Assembly (NCBI GenBank): GCA_026770705.1 | Contig: JANJGN010000021.1 | Span: forward strand, 80,848,001-80,912,000 | Length of the DNA stretch: 64,000 nt | DNA from: Isurus oxyrinchus | Lineage: Eukaryota | Reading direction: 5' to 3' | Notes under the pieces: generated by a model | The model's input: only the letters and a program-made list of their open reading frames with translations | The model's database searches: none | Told to the model about the DNA's origin: nothing | Shown here: piece after piece, positions 49,602-63,599 of the stretch | Layout of the letters: every line of letters starts with the position of its first letter | Numbering within the stretch: position 1 is the stretch's first letter | Translations under genes and position numbers: made by a program

Positions 49602-50529
49602 AACTATTTGTACTTGGGCTTGCTGCTGTTTGGTTCTTTTATAGTCACTTGCCTCATTCAGCAGTTTGGGCTTTTCATTCCTAATCAACTTTAGGACTCC
49701 ACAATCAACACCAGTGATAAAGTTTCTGCAACTCTTTTGGCAGACAGTATGGGGCTGATGCACATTTGAGTTTAGGTATCCAAGCCTAGTTCATGGTGTG
49801 CATCCTCTACACTAATATCCCATGGTACAAAATGAGCTGCCCCAGGACAGGTGGGTATTCCAGAATACCCAATCAAAAATAGCCACAAAACCAAGTTCAA
49901 CACCATTCACCACAAAACAGTTTACTCAATTAGGGCCAGCATTGGATTCAGTGTAAAATGGCTGTTTACCAAAACAACCATTGGGAGCCAGACTGGAACA
50001 TCAGTGCCCTTCCCAACAGGAGACATTGATTTTCATTCACACTCAAAATCAGTGCCTATTGGACTGAGATGGAGAGAAATTCCCTGTCTCCACCATAGGT
50101 TTAGATAGATCACTAGACTGGACAGCCAAAGGATAACTATACCCAATATCCAGGGAAGTGCTTAATAACTGGGCAATTGTCTCACTCAGTACCCCTGGAT
50201 AGTCTCTACAGATATTAAGTATATGGATTAAGTGCCTGACTTTCCACTTAAAACCAAATCTCCAAAAAAAAACTTGTATTGGAAGAGCACTCAATCTGAC
50301 AGGATTGCTTTACTGAACAGGCCTGACTGAGTTTCCTGGGGTCAATCACTGAGCTGTCCTTCAATAACATGTCAAGCCTATTTCTGCAAATGTGACAGAT
50401 GCTTGACCAGAGTTGTGCTGAACTCTACTCTCTTATAACTCAAGGCAACTTTTACCACAGATCAAAGGATGAAGCCCCAAGCACTGATCACTGACCAATT
50501 ATTGAGATGCAAGATTGAACACATGTACC

Positions 50530-51550
50530 TGACTAAAGTTTACTACATCCTTTTGAGGATGTTACAAATGGGATAGATAAAAGGAAATGGGATCTAGTGT
50601 ATTTGGATTTCCAAAGGCATTTAAAGTGCTGCTGCACAAGGTGAGATCCTGGTGTTGGTTAAAGGGTTGGATGAAAGGAAACAATAAATGGGCCATTTTC
50701 AGGTTGCAAACTAACTAGTGGAGTACCACAGGGATTGGTGCCAGGGCATCCACTATTTAGTTATATCCGTATCTCAGATGAAGGGACCAATGGTATCATT
50801 GCAAAATTGATAACTCCCAAGTGGAGTCTCAAAAGGGTTATGGATAGGTTAAGTGGGCAAAGGATTTGACATGGAATGCATTGAGATTGTCCATTTTGAT
50901 AGGAAGAATATAAAGAATATTTAAATGGAGGGACTGCAGAATGCTGTCATAAAGGATCTGGGTGTCTTTGCTAACTTTAATTCATGTACAAATACAACCA
51001 AAGAATTAGGAAGACAATGAATCTTTGCTATTGCAAGGGGGATGGAGTATGAGAGAAACCTTGTTACAATTATACAGAAGGGATATACTTGCCTTGGAAG
51101 CAATTGAGGTTTACTAGGCTGATTCCCTGTGAAGGGAGTTACCTTGAAAGATTGAGCCTATACTCAGAATTTAGAATGAGGTGATCTGATTGAAACGTAC
51201 TTCCCCTGCCCCCAAGATCATTTGTTTCTCAAATGCTGAGAGGATGTTTCTCCATGGCTGAATCTAGAAATGGGAGTCATAGTTTCAAAATGAAGGGGTC
51301 TCCCTTTTAAGATGTAACTGAAGAGGAATTTCTTGCAGAGGGTTTAAACTTTAGAATTCTCTTCTGCAGTAAGCCATGGAGGCTAGCAGGCCCTTGAATA
51401 TATTCAAAGGTGAGTTAGGCAGATTTTTGATTACAAGTGAGTAGAGTGTTATGGGAAAAGGTGAGAAAGTGGGGTTAGAGCCACAGTTGATTCAGCCATG
51501 ATCTGGAAAGCAAAGCAGTCTCGTGGTTGTTAAATGGCATAGTCCGATTT
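50530..51550 (+). mobile_element. Highly degenerate CR1 (RT and 3' end)
   Basis: VYLDFQ, SGVPQG, YLNGGTAE..KDLGV, RGDLIET remnants. Confidence 0.65.
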
Positions 51551-51929
51551 TCCTTTATTTCAATTCCATCAGGGCAATGGCCTTGGTGCTCAGCATCTGT
51601 TCCTGGAGAACCAGATCTCCAGGTAAGCTTGCCATGTAGGTGAGAAATGGGAGGAGGTCTAGGATAGATCCTTGACTCCAGAAGTAACTGCAGGGATGGG
51701 AACAGAAGTTATTGTTGGAGAAGCTTCCTCCAGACTGCTAAATTTTTAGCTGAGTTGGAGTTGATTGCCAGTTTGGGTGAGTAAGGGAGAGTATAGGTGG
51801 AGTGTATAGGCCCAATCTTTCAAGGTAACCCCCTTCATCACAGGGAATCAGCTTGGTAAACCTCAATTGCAGATCTTTGCAAAAATCTGATTTTGTTTAT
51901 TTGGCATTTGAATGAAGTTTTACTATCTA

Positions 51930-54900
51930 AATTTTCCAGCCTTAGGAGGGTTTTAAGGACTCTGCTGCACAAGGAGCTGAAGTTAGCTAATTAAGGGAAG
52001 CAGCTTGAACCAGATTTTCTGTAACTAGGGTCAGCTAACTGCTTAGTTTCAGTAGAATATATAAATGTTTCAGTCTGACTTTGAACACAGTGGTGGAGTT
52101 TGATGATTTAAGGGAGTTAGGTGAGTAGGAAGGGGGTGCTCCTTCACTTGTGCTAACATTTCCACCCTGTAGGAATTGATTCTTCAACTAAAGTAGAAGG
52201 GGGTGGGGTGGGGGTGGGGAGGAGAAGCAAAAAGGAACATATTGGTAGTAGGGGACAGCAAAGTTAGGAGGATTGACACTGTTCTTTGCAGCAGAGAGTC
52301 CAGACAGCTGTTGCCTACCTGGTCCCAGGGTTCAAGGCTGGAGAGGAACTTGGAGGGGGAAGTTCCAGTTGTCATGGTCCATGTGGATACCAATCTGAGT
52401 ATGAGGGGCTAGATACTAAAGAGCCACAAAGGTTATCCACAAATCTGTTATTACCTGAGCCATATGTAAATTGGCAAAGGGGGAAAATCCAGTTAGAGGA
52501 ATGAATTTGTGGCTCAGACTGTGGGAGAGGTGGGTCTGGTTTGTGGGGAATGGCATGTACAGCATTGCAGAAAGTGGGATCCATACTGCTGGGACAGTGT
52601 GCCTGAACCATGGTGGGACTGGTGTTTTAGAGAGTCACATCTCTAGAAGTCGAAGGTGTTGAACTAATTAGTGAGGGAAGGGATCAAATTTGGGGAGATA
52701 TGGTAAACCAAGGAGTAGCGAGACCAGGCAAGGGAGGTATTAATGAGAAATGATAAGCAAAACATGACAAAGCGATAGAGTACAAATTGGAGTAAAACCA
52801 GTCAAGGCTAGAGGTTACAAAAATGAGTTCTGTATCTAAATACACATAGCATTCAAAGTAAAACAGATGAACTGATGGGTAATGGCCATCAAGTTGTATT
52901 TATTTGCACCATCAGTTCATCTGTTTTACTTTGAATGCTATGTGTATTTAGATACAGAACTCATTTTTGTAACCTCTAGCCTTGACTGGTTTTACTCCAA
53001 TTTGTACTCTATCACTTAATTTTATATATAGATTAAAATACTTATGTATGACTGGACAGGCTATACTGGACCTGGCATTGTACAGAGGATTAATTGATAA
53101 CGTCATAGTGAAGGCACCCCTGGGCAGCAGTGACCACAATGATTATATTTTGCATTGAGGGAAAGAGGAGTGTGTCCAAGATGAGTATTCTAAACTTTAA
53201 GGGCAATTATGTGAGAATGAAAGCAGAGTCAGCTAAAGTGAACTGGTGGATTAGTTTAAGGATAGGTCAATGCAGCGGCAGACATTTAAAAGGATATTTT
53301 AGAAAACAGAATAGATACATTCCAACAAGGAAAAATTCCAAGGGAAGGAACCATCTGTGGTTAATACTCTAACTTTTTTAGTTAAACTTAAAGAAAAAAT
53401 GTATAATAACGCAAAGATGGGTGGCAGGTCAGGAGATTGGACAGAATATAAAGAACAGCAAAGAATGGCAAATTAGAATTTGAGCAAAAGCTAGCTTGTA
53501 ATATAAAGATGGATAGTAAGAGTTTCCATAGATCTTTTAAGAAAAGAGCACATGGTCCTATAAGTGCATCTGGGGAATTAATAATGGAAAATAAGGCGAT
53601 GGCAGATGAATTAAACTGGTAATTTGCATCAGGTTTCACTATAGACGATACAACTAATATCCCAGAAATAACAATCAAGAATTGGGAGGGAGGAGCTCAG
53701 GGAAATTACAATCACCAGGGAAGTGGCACTCAGCAAATTGTTGGAGCTGCATGCTGACAAATCCTTGGGTCCTGATGGACTTCATCCAAGGGTCTTAAAA
53801 CGTAGTTAATAAGATAGTTGATGTCTTAGTTTTAATTTTCCAAAATTCCCTGGTTTCGGAAGGTGCCATTACATTGGAAAATAGCAAATGTAACTCCTTT
53901 ATTCAAAAACAGGGGGAGACAAATCAGCAAACTTCAGGCCAGTTAGCTTAACATCTGCCATAGGGTAAATGTTAGAAGTTAAAGATGTTATGGCAGGGTA
54001 CTTGGAAAAGTTCAGGGCAATCAGGTGGTGTCAACATGGTTTTGTGAAAGGGAAATCAAGTTTAGCCAATTTATTGGAGTTCTTTGAAGGAGTCACATGT
54101 GCTGTGAATAAAGGGGAACCAGTTAATGTACTGTACTTAGGTTTACAGAAAGCATTTGATAAGGTGCCACGTCAAATGTTTTTGTAGAAAATAAAAGCTC
54201 ATGGTGTATGGGGTAAAATATTGGCATGAATAGGTTGGCTAACTAACAGGAAACAGGGTAGCCATAAATGGATCTTTTTCTGGTGGTTGGGCTCTAACGA
54301 GTTGTGTGCCACAGGGATCAGTGCTGGGACCTCAACTTCTTACAATTTATATAAATGACTTCGATAAAGGGACCAAAGGTATGTTCACTAAATTTGCTGA
54401 AGGGACAAAGATAGGTAGGAAAGTAAATGGTGAAGAGGACATAAGGAGGCTTCAAAGTGACAAGGTAAGTAGGTGGACAAAGACCTGACAAATGGAATAT
54501 AATGTGGGGAAAATGTGAAATTGACCATTTTGGCAGACAGAATAAAAGAAGCATATTATCTAAATGGTGAGAGATTGCAGAGCTCTGAGGTGCAAAGTGA
54601 CCATATCTTAGTGCATGAATCTCAAAAGGCTAGTATGCAGGTACAGCAAGTAATTAGGAAGGTTAATAGAATGTTATCATTTATCGCGAGGGGAATTGAA
54701 TATGAAAGTAGAGAGATTATGCTTAAATTGTATAGGATGTTGGCAAGACCACATCTGGAGTACTATGTACAATATTGGTCTCCTTATTTAAGAAAAGATG
54801 TAAATAAGTTCGAAGCAGCTCAGAGAAGGTTTACAAAATTAATACCAGGAATGGGTGGGTTGTCTTATGAGAAAAGGTTGGACAGGCTAGGCTTATATCC

Positions 54901-55280
54901 ACTGGAGTTTAGAAGCGTAAGAGTGACTTGTTTGAAGCATATAAGATCCTGAGGGGTCTTGATAAGGTGGATATGGAGAGGATGTTTCCATTTCTGGGAG
55001 AATTTATAACTAGGGGTCACTACTTAAAAAAGAGTTGCCCACTTAAGACAAAGATGAGAAAAGATTTTTTTCTGCCTAGTGAGTCTTTGGAACTCTCAAA
55101 AGGCGGTGGAAGCAGAGTCTTTGAATATTTTCAAGGCAGAGCTAGATAGATTCTTGGTAAACAAAGGGGTGAAAGGCTATCAGGGCTAGGCTGCAGGTTA
55201 CAATCAGATCAGCCTTGACCTTATTGAATGGTGGGGCAGACTCAAGCGCCGAGTGGTTCCTCTCCTAATTCATTTGTCCG
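51930..55280 (+). mobile_element. Decayed near-full-length CR1 with an internal inversion-duplication
   Basis: ORF1 esterase ILVVGDSKVRRID..VHVDTN; ORF2 QHGFVKGKS, LGLQKAFDKVP, PQGSVLGP, FAEGTK, ARPHLEYYVQYWSP. Confidence 0.85.
52774..53013. repeat. Perfect 105-bp inverted repeat with a 30-bp spacer
   Basis: 52774-52878 is the exact reverse complement of 52909-53013. Confidence 0.95.
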
Positions 55281-55451
55281 TAAGTTTATGAAGGATGGGA
55301 GACCAGCCAGGAGAGCGATGGAATAGTCAAATCTTGAAATAACAATAGCATGAATCAGGTCTTCAGTGGCAAATGAGCTGAGGTAGGGGTGCAGGCCAGT
55401 ATTGTTATACAGGCGGAGGCAGCTAGCCAGTCTTTATGATGGAGCAAATGA

Positions 55452-55730
55452 AAGACTTGCATTTATATTGTGCTTTTTACAACCATAAAAACTTTTTTGA
55501 AGTCAGTGTTGTAATATAGGAAACATGGCAGCCAATTTGCGCACATCCAGCTCCCACAAACAGCAAGTTGATAATGACCAGATAGTCTGTTTGCTAGTGG
55601 TATTGATTGAGGGACCATTGCTGGTAAGGACACCAGAGATAACCCCAGTGCTCTTCTTTGAATTAGTGCCATAGGATCTTTTGCATCTACCTGAGAGGTT
55701 AACTGGGGCCATAGTTTAAAATCTCATCCC
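55452..55730 (-). mobile_element. Deu-domain SINE fragment
   Basis: Same Deu core as 48115, with the tail ..ATAAATGCAAGTCTTT. Confidence 0.75.
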
Positions 55731-55739
55731 ATGGCTGGC

Positions 55740-57720
55740 GGGAGGGATGAATCAGTGATGAGTTCAGAGATTGTGTGGAGAACCAAGACAACAACTTTGG
55801 CCTTTCCAATGAACAACAGGAGGAAATTGGTGCTGATATACAAGACTGATTTTTGGACAAGCAGTCTGATAAATAGGCAATGGAGAGATTGAGAGATGTC
55901 GGAGGTAGATTTGTGTTATCATTTATGTTGAAGCTAACTCCATGACTAGAGATGAGAATGGGGAGAAAGTGAAAGATGGAACCATCGGGGATTCTTGGTA
56001 AGTGTGTGTCTGTAACAATAGGCCTCTGCTAGAGATGCTCCAGCTGTGATCAGATTGGCAAGAGGAGCCAAGTGAGGGCAGACCACGGAACTGGCCATCA
56101 GAGAGGTGTTGGAGAAGGATGATTTAGTTAACTGTGCCAAAGGCTACAGCATGGGGTTAAGGAAGGATAATGCACCCTGGTCGCAGTCACAGGGTGTCAT
56201 TTATAACATTGATGCAGGCTATTTCAGTACTGTGGCAGGGGCAGAATCTGACTTGGGGGATGAGGGATGCAGGAGGTGGATTTAAATATGGAGTTGGAGA
56301 AAAGATGGGGATGAATTTGGGAAGTGACAACATGTTGAGTGATTCTGGAGAGAAAAGAGGGTTGAGATGGAGCGGTGGTTAGCAAGGACAAGTAAAGGTG
56401 GTTTTTGTGAAGAGGAGGCTGATAACATCAGATGTGAGAGGTGGGGATGTACCTAAGGGGAGAGAATTATTAACACTTATCAGTTAACATGGAACCAGGA
56501 AAGGAAATTAGATAGCGGTTAAGTGGGAAAGGGGTCGAGTGAAGAAGAGATGGGTCACTTGGACAGGATAAACTTGGAGAAAACATCAGAGGAAATAGGA
56601 AAGAAACTGGAGTAAGTTGCAATTCTAGGGCTAGGGCAGGGGAAGATTTGGCCTGATGGGATAGGGGAAGGGAGGATAGCAGCAGAGGCAGCTGATTGAA
56701 TAACCTTGATCTTAGTGACAAGGAAATCGTGAGTTCCTCACTTGTTGGGGGTAAGGGAGGAGTGGGCAGGGGTTAGGTGTTTAAAGAGACAGTTTGCCGT
56801 AGAGGAAAGTATTCAGTGGTTATCCTTGGTCTCCAATACAATCCTGAAGTGATTAGTAGGTTGAGCATAGAGGAGTGAAGCCTGACAGCAGGAGATGTGG
56901 TCCAACAAGGCCTGGTGATGGTTAAACCTGTCCTGTGCCAGATGTGCTCAAATGTGCAGTCTGAGACTTGAGTGAACATAAATCAGAGCCATATCCAAGT
57001 AGGGAGAGAGTAAAGGTTAGACACAATAACAACTACAGAAATGTACAGTAAATAGAGGTTAAAGGGTAGAGAGTTTGGAACTTTAAGTGTTGTAAGTGAT
57101 TTGGAGGAAGTTTTCTCTTCCTAGGGGTAGATGCAGAAGATGTTGGAAGAGATAGTTGGGGGATATAAGGAAGTGATTAGAGAGTGCATCATCTGTGGGA
57201 TTAGAAATGTCATGGGAAAGGCAACTTCAAAGGCTGTGAATATGGATAGGAGAGTTTATATGGAGGAAGAGGTTAAAGGAGGATAAGAGGTCAATGAAAT
57301 CAGGAGAGAGAGGGCAGTGAGTTGAGAGGAGGGTTTGAACCACTGAGGATAAGGAGTCACTCAATGCAGAAGCCGAGAGGATTGATGATACCTTGGAGAG
57401 AAACTTGAGGTGGGGTTTGGAGGGCAGTCAACAGCACGGACTTTAAAACAGGCTGGAAGGGTGGGAAAAGAAGGAGGAAGAGAGGTGGGAAAGGGGGAGA
57501 AAGTATCAGAGGGATAGAGAAAAGACAAATGTGACTTGATGATAAGGGCCACAGCATTGCTGCGATGATCTGGGCAGGGCAAGTGGAGGAATGTACAGAC
57601 AGATATGGAGGCTTCACTAAGGGAGAAAGGGTTGGCAGCTATCAGCCAAGTTTCCCCTAATGCCTTGGATGGCAATGGTCTTATTTACAAGTGAACAGAG
57701 ATATGCTGCAGGGATGAGAG
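55740..57720 (-). mobile_element. Old degenerate LINE (L2-like), endonuclease and downstream region
   Basis: ALGETWL, HLPCPDHRSNAVALI and TGLTI.R..W remnants; purine-rich + strand. Confidence 0.5.
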
Positions 57721-58889
57721 CTGAACCAATGACAGAGGCAGTGGTGGGCCAGGCAGGCAAGATGAGAGAAGATTAGTGAGGATAATCCCTAGTGCATACA
57801 CAGGCAGGAGGGTCAGTGAGCGGGGGGAATGGGGCAGTTAGGCAATATACAGCAGTGACTAGTTACAACATGAAACAATTTGAGACAACTCTGAAAATGA
57901 GTTTTTAACTGCAGAAGCAGATTTATTGCAAATGCAGATCCTCCCCTCTCACACAACAGTACCACAAGCTGATACTATTCTGATTTCAAATCCTCTTTCT
58001 CTACTATGAGGAAATGAACATGAGATAAAACAGGAACTTTGATCTAACACATGAGACTGTTCCAAATATTATTGCATTCATGTCCAAATAAGGATGTGCT
58101 TGTTATTGTCTGTTTGCGATAGGATAACAGATTCACTGTCAGAAAGGGAACGAGCCACAAATCAACAGTTTCCATTTGGAAATGACACCATCCCACCCAT
58201 AAACCGATGACCCAGTTAGCCAATAGGATCCTTCCAATATCAATTTGTTATCAGTTGCTAAAAGCCTGTTACATACAATGACTCAAACTGAAGCCTCAGT
58301 TACATTAGTGAATGGAGACACGTTCAGCAGGGACACTGGATTAGAGTAAGATGGAGGCTGTGCTCTCTGTTAATATCCTCCCAAACTGAGGTGAAGGTGG
58401 AACGACTGCTACAAAACCATGGTCTTGAATCTTCCCTCTTCATATACCTGATGCTGGAGTAGGAAACAGGAACTTTCTGTTATCAGGAGGTAGAGAAAGA
58501 CTAGGGTCCAGCTAGTTTCTACCAGACTGGCAAACACAAGGTTAGACATGGGTAGACACAGAGGTTGTTTTCCCTGGCTGGGGAATCTAGTACACTGGGG
58601 CAATGTCTCAGGATAAGACGTTTATTATTTACGACTGAACTGAGGAGAAACTTAGAGGGTTGTGAATCTTTGGGATTCTTTATCTTAGAATTCTGAATGC
58701 TCCATCATCGAGTGTATTCAAGTATGTGATAGATTTTTGATCTCTCCGGGAATCGAGGAAAACTGGAGTTGAAGCAGGAGAGCAGCCATGATCGGATTAA
58801 ATGGTGGAGTAGGCGCGAGAGGCTGACTTAAACTGAATCTTCAGTTGTGTCAGCGAATGGAAACCCATTCACTGTGGATTAGAATAAAC

Positions 58890-60090
58890 TGGAGAAGGAC
58901 CATCATAGGCTGTGTTCCCCTGAAAAATAATGGGGACAGTGATTATAATCTAAGATTTTTGAACTCAATGTTGCATTCAGGAGGCTGTAAAGTGTCTAAA
59001 TGAAAGATGAGTCACTGATCATCGAGTTTTGTTGAGCATCATTGGAAAAGTGTAGGAGGTTGAGGACAGAGAGGTCAGAGTGGGAGTAAGGTAGAGAATT
59101 AAAATGACCAGCAACAGGAAGGTCAGGGTCATGCTTGCGGACAGACCCCAGCATAGGCCTGACTGCACTGTGAGTAGCGATTACAGTATACTAAATTCAA
59201 AGAGGTACAGGTAAATCACCTAGAAGCAGTGTTTGAGGCCTCAGTGCAGAAGGGAGGAGGTAAAGGACAGGTATTCTCTCTGCTGTGCTTGCATAGAAAG
59301 GCACGGGGGGAGGTGAGGGGGTATTGAGGATTGGATCAGGATGTCATGGAGGGAAAAGCCTCTTTGGAATGCAGTAAAGGGGAGGGGAGGTGAAGAAATG
59401 TTTGGTAATAGCATCATTGTGGAGGTGGCAGAAATGGCAGGTTATCCATTGGATACATATTGGTGGTGTTGTTGGTGAGGACGAGGGTCACCCTGTCATG
59501 GTTCTGGAAGGGAGGGGAAAGGATGAGAGCAGAAATGTATAAAATGAGACAGACACAGTCTAGGGCGCTGACAACCACAATGGAAATCCTTCATTGAGGA
59601 AGAAGCAAGGTAGATATATTGGAAATGCTCGTTTGTAAGGTGTTATCGTCAGAACAGATATGACAGAGAAGCTAGAATGGAATTCAGTCCAGACAGGAAG
59701 TGGGATGTGCGGAAGTATAGCCCAGATAGCTGAATATTAATTAATAGCCTATCCCAGAAACAAAGGCAGAGGAGTTAAGGAAGGGAAAGTTCAGAGAAGG
59801 TCCAGATGAAGTTGAGATAGGGTGGAACTTGGAAAAAAAGTCAACTAAGTTTCCTGTTCATGATGAAGCAGTGGCAATATAGTCATCAATGTAATTGAAA
59901 AGATGAGAATGGGGGCTTGAGTAGGACTGAAATAAGGAATGTTCCACATATCCCACAAAAGGGCAGGCATTGCTAAGAACCGTGCAGGTATCCATTGCAA
60001 CACCTTTCATTTGGGGGAAGTAAGTTGAGTTGAAGAGGAAATTGTTCAGAGTGAGAACAAGTTCAGCTAGCTGCAGGAGGGTGGATGGGA
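58890..60090 (-). mobile_element. Degenerate Penelope RT-GIY-YIG fragment
   Basis: TLLQLAELVLTLNNFLFNS..QMKGVAMDT..ACPFVGYVEHSLFQ (RT); LVYCNRYSQC..HLIFHLDTLQPP..NIEFKN (endonuclease). Confidence 0.75.
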
Positions 60091-60659
60091 CCTTTATGAA
60101 GATATGGTATGTTTATACTAGATTGAGAAACATAGAGCGTGTGAACAGTTTCACTTGGGTTCCAGTTTACAGGGAGGGGGAAGGGCTTGAGTGGAAAATC
60201 CCTGACTACAAACAGCAAATAAACAGTTTTACTGCAATGCCTTAATCTGTAGAGCGTAATTAATATGTTATAAAGATAAACATACTCCAACCAATGAAAT
60301 TAAAAACCTGAACCATGTCTTCTGTACCGGGCAGAATGTATTTTTGGCAGTTCCATTTGGATACAGAGAATTTCATTATCAGTGCATGGTCTATAGGCTG
60401 TCCATGAGTGGCTGTTCATTTGTTCTGGATTATTGACTCTAAAGTCTTCCCCAACTCCAACATTAGCCTGAATGGCCTGCAATTGTCAACTTTATCCTTC
60501 TCTCTTTTTTAAACATTTTGAATCCTTCAGGCTTCTGGCATCACTGTTCATCCTCACCAATCTACCTATTGCATTTGCACCTGTCCATGACAATATGATA
60601 GGAGTGACCGCCACGCAGTCCTTGTGGGGACTCCACACTGAGTGTGGCAGTCAAGCACT

Positions 60660-61630
60660 GCCACCTTGCCAAATGGTATAGATTCAGAACAAATCTCTCA
60701 GTTCAAAACTGGGCATCCATGAGGCGCTGTGGGCCATCAGCAGCAGCAGAATTGTACTCAACCCCAATCTGTAACCTCCTGGCCCAGCATATTCCCACTC
60801 TACCATTACCATCAAGCCAGGAAATCAACCCTGGTTCAATAAAGAGTGCAGGAGGGCATGCCAGGAGCAGCACCAGGCATACCGAGCAATGAGGTGTCAA
60901 CCTGGTGAAGCTACAACACAGGATTACTTGCATACCAAACAGCATAAGCAGCAAGTGATAGACAGGGCTAAGCGATCCCACAAACAACAGATCAGATCTA
61001 AGCTCTGCAGTCCTGCCACATCGAGCCATGAATGGTGGTGGACAATTAAACAACCCAATGGAGGAGGAGGCTCCACAAATATTCCCATCCTCAGTGATAA
61101 AGGAGCCCAGCACATCAGTGCAAAAGATAAGGCTGAAGTATTCGCAACAATCTTCAGCCATTAGTGCCAAATGGATGACCTATCTCGGCCTCCTCCAGAG
61201 ATCCCCAGCATCACAAATGCCAGTCTTCAGACAATTATATTCACTCCATGTGATATTAAGAAATGGCTGAAGGCACTGGATACTGCAAAGGCTATGGGCC
61301 CTGACAACATTCTGGCAATAGTACTGAAAACTTGTGCTCCAGAATTTGCCACACCCCTAGCCAAGCTGCTCCAGTACAGCCACAACACTGGCATCTACCC
61401 GGCTATATGAAAAATTGCCCACGTATGTCCTGTACACAAAAAGCAGGACAAATCCAACCCAGTCAATTACTACCCCATCAGTCTACTCTCGATCATCAGT
61501 TAAGTGATGGAAGGTGTTGCCAACAGTGCTGTCAAGCAGCACTTACACAGCAATAACCTGCTCATTAATGCTCAGTTTGGGTTCTGCCAGGGTCAAGTAG
61601 CTGCTGACCTTATTACAGCTTTTGTCCATT
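60660..61630 (+). mobile_element. Family B LINE internal fragment
   Basis: QPWFNKEC, LDTAKAMGPDNILAIVLKTCAPEFATPLAKL, NYYPISLLS, AQFGF. Confidence 0.85.
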
Positions 61631-61639
61631 CATGAACTG

Positions 61640-63480
61640 GTTAGTAGCCTTTCATCTCATGAGATGATGGTTTGTGCCATGATGGTTGACTTTGTGTTAA
61701 GCATTGCCTGGTGTAGCTCAGGAGTCCCACTCTGGCATGACAGTCTTTACCACTTGCTACAGAGGAAGATAGCAGGCTGAGAAAGTGCAGGATTCGCTGG
61801 CCTCTGTTTTCTCTTGGCCCTCTTCTTGGGCATGTGAACTTTCCGTTTCTGCTCACCTCTTCCATGCCTTTCCAAACAGTCAGCCTCCACAGGTCAAGGC
61901 CGTTGGCGACTATCTTCCAGTTGTCAATGTCTATGATCTTCATATCATGTTCTCAGGTGCCCCTGCAGTGTAGGTATGGATGCCCAGGACGTTGTGATCC
62001 AGTGGCCAGTACACTGTACAAAAGGCCTTTGGGTAAATGGCCTCATTCATCTAATGAATGTGGCTAAGCCAGTGCAGATGTCATTGACTTCAAATTGAGT
62101 GTATGCTGATGGAGTTAGCACACTCCAGAACCTCTGAGCTGTTGACCTTGTCCTGCCAAGAGATGCTGAGGGTTCCCAGAGATGGAGGATTTTACCTACA
62201 AGGTTAGATTGGAGAAGCTGGTGTTGTTCTCCTTGGAACAAAGGATATTGAGGGGAGATTTTGTGGAGCTGTACAAGATTCTGAGAGATTTCGATAAGGT
62301 AGATGAGAAAAAACTGCTGACAGTACAGTCATGCTGCCCATGAAGAAGGTGGAAGCAAAGACAGTAAGTAATTTCAAAAGAAAATTGGATGGGCACTTTA
62401 AAGAAATAAACTTGCAGGGTTTCGGGGATAGTGTAGGGGAATGGGACTGACTGGATTGCTTCATGGAGACCTGGCATGTCATGATGGGTTGAATGGTCTC
62501 CTTCTGTGCCTAAATGTCTCTGACTCTATAACATCTATCAGTGAGACAGTGAAGGTGGAAACTACTCAGCTTTTTCTCCTGCCAAGTTTAAGTTGTCCAG
62601 ATATCACCACTCTAGAGGAGTGCGCTGAGGACACAGGCTGGGTAAACTTGCACTTTGGTGTTCTCAGTCAGGTTACTGTTGTTCCACTCTCGTATTAGAC
62701 TTGGACATAACAGCTGCAGCTTTTGTGAAGTGTGTGTTGATTTCAGTATCAAGTGACAGATTGCTGATGGTTGTGGATTCTAGATATGTGAAGCAATCAA
62801 TGTCAGCCAGTGTCACATTGTCAATGCTGATAGGTAGCAGTACGGCAACACCCAGGACCATGACATTTGTCTTCCTGATGCTGATGGTCAAATCAGACTC
62901 TACTGGTATGAGAAGAGTCTGCCCATTTGTCAGTGTAGTGCAAATCTCTGTTGAGGACTTGGCGTATCTTTGTCTTGGATTTCAGGCGAGCAAGGCTGAA
63001 CAGCTTTCTGTCAGTTCTGATATGTAAATAGACTACTCTTTGTAAATGACCTGAATACACATGATTCCAGCAAAGAAAATAATATGCCAAAGAGTGTTAA
63101 TGCCAGAACACAACCCTGTTTGGCCCCACTGTGGATAGCTGCCCTTACCCACCATGTTGTCATAGAAAGAGGAAATCACACTGAGCAGCCTCAGCAGGCA
63201 GACATTTTCCCCCTAAATAGGCCAACTCTGCACATGTGCTTGAATTCTTTGGTGAGATCGATGAAGGCAATATATAATGAGCTCCTTTGCTCATGTCATT
63301 TCTCTTGTAGCTGACAGACATGTCAATTGTAGCTATTCCAGTTCTGAAACCACACTGGATCTCAGGGTAGACACATGCAGCTGGGATCCGCAGTCTGACA
63401 AGAAAAACATGGGCAAATACTTTCCCATGATTCTTAGCAGAGAGGTGACTTGAAATCAATGTGGTCATGCTTGTTCTTGT
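61640..63480 (-). mobile_element. RTE-clade LINE remnant with a CR1 3' fragment (+, ~62180-62530) inserted
   Basis: YPEIQCGFRTGIATIDM, KQGCVLALTLF, RTDRKLFSLARLKSKTK, FTYLESTTISNLSLDTEIN, IDIDNW, C-terminal GKDCHARVGLLSYTRQC. Confidence 0.8.
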
Positions 63481-63599
63481 ACAGATTCACAATCTTTGCA
63501 TCCTGCATATCATGTGGCACTGGCCCCTCCCTCCAGCAGAGTCAGAAGAATCATGGACTAAAGAATGGAATTCTCAGGGCAAGGAGGAAGTGACCTCAA

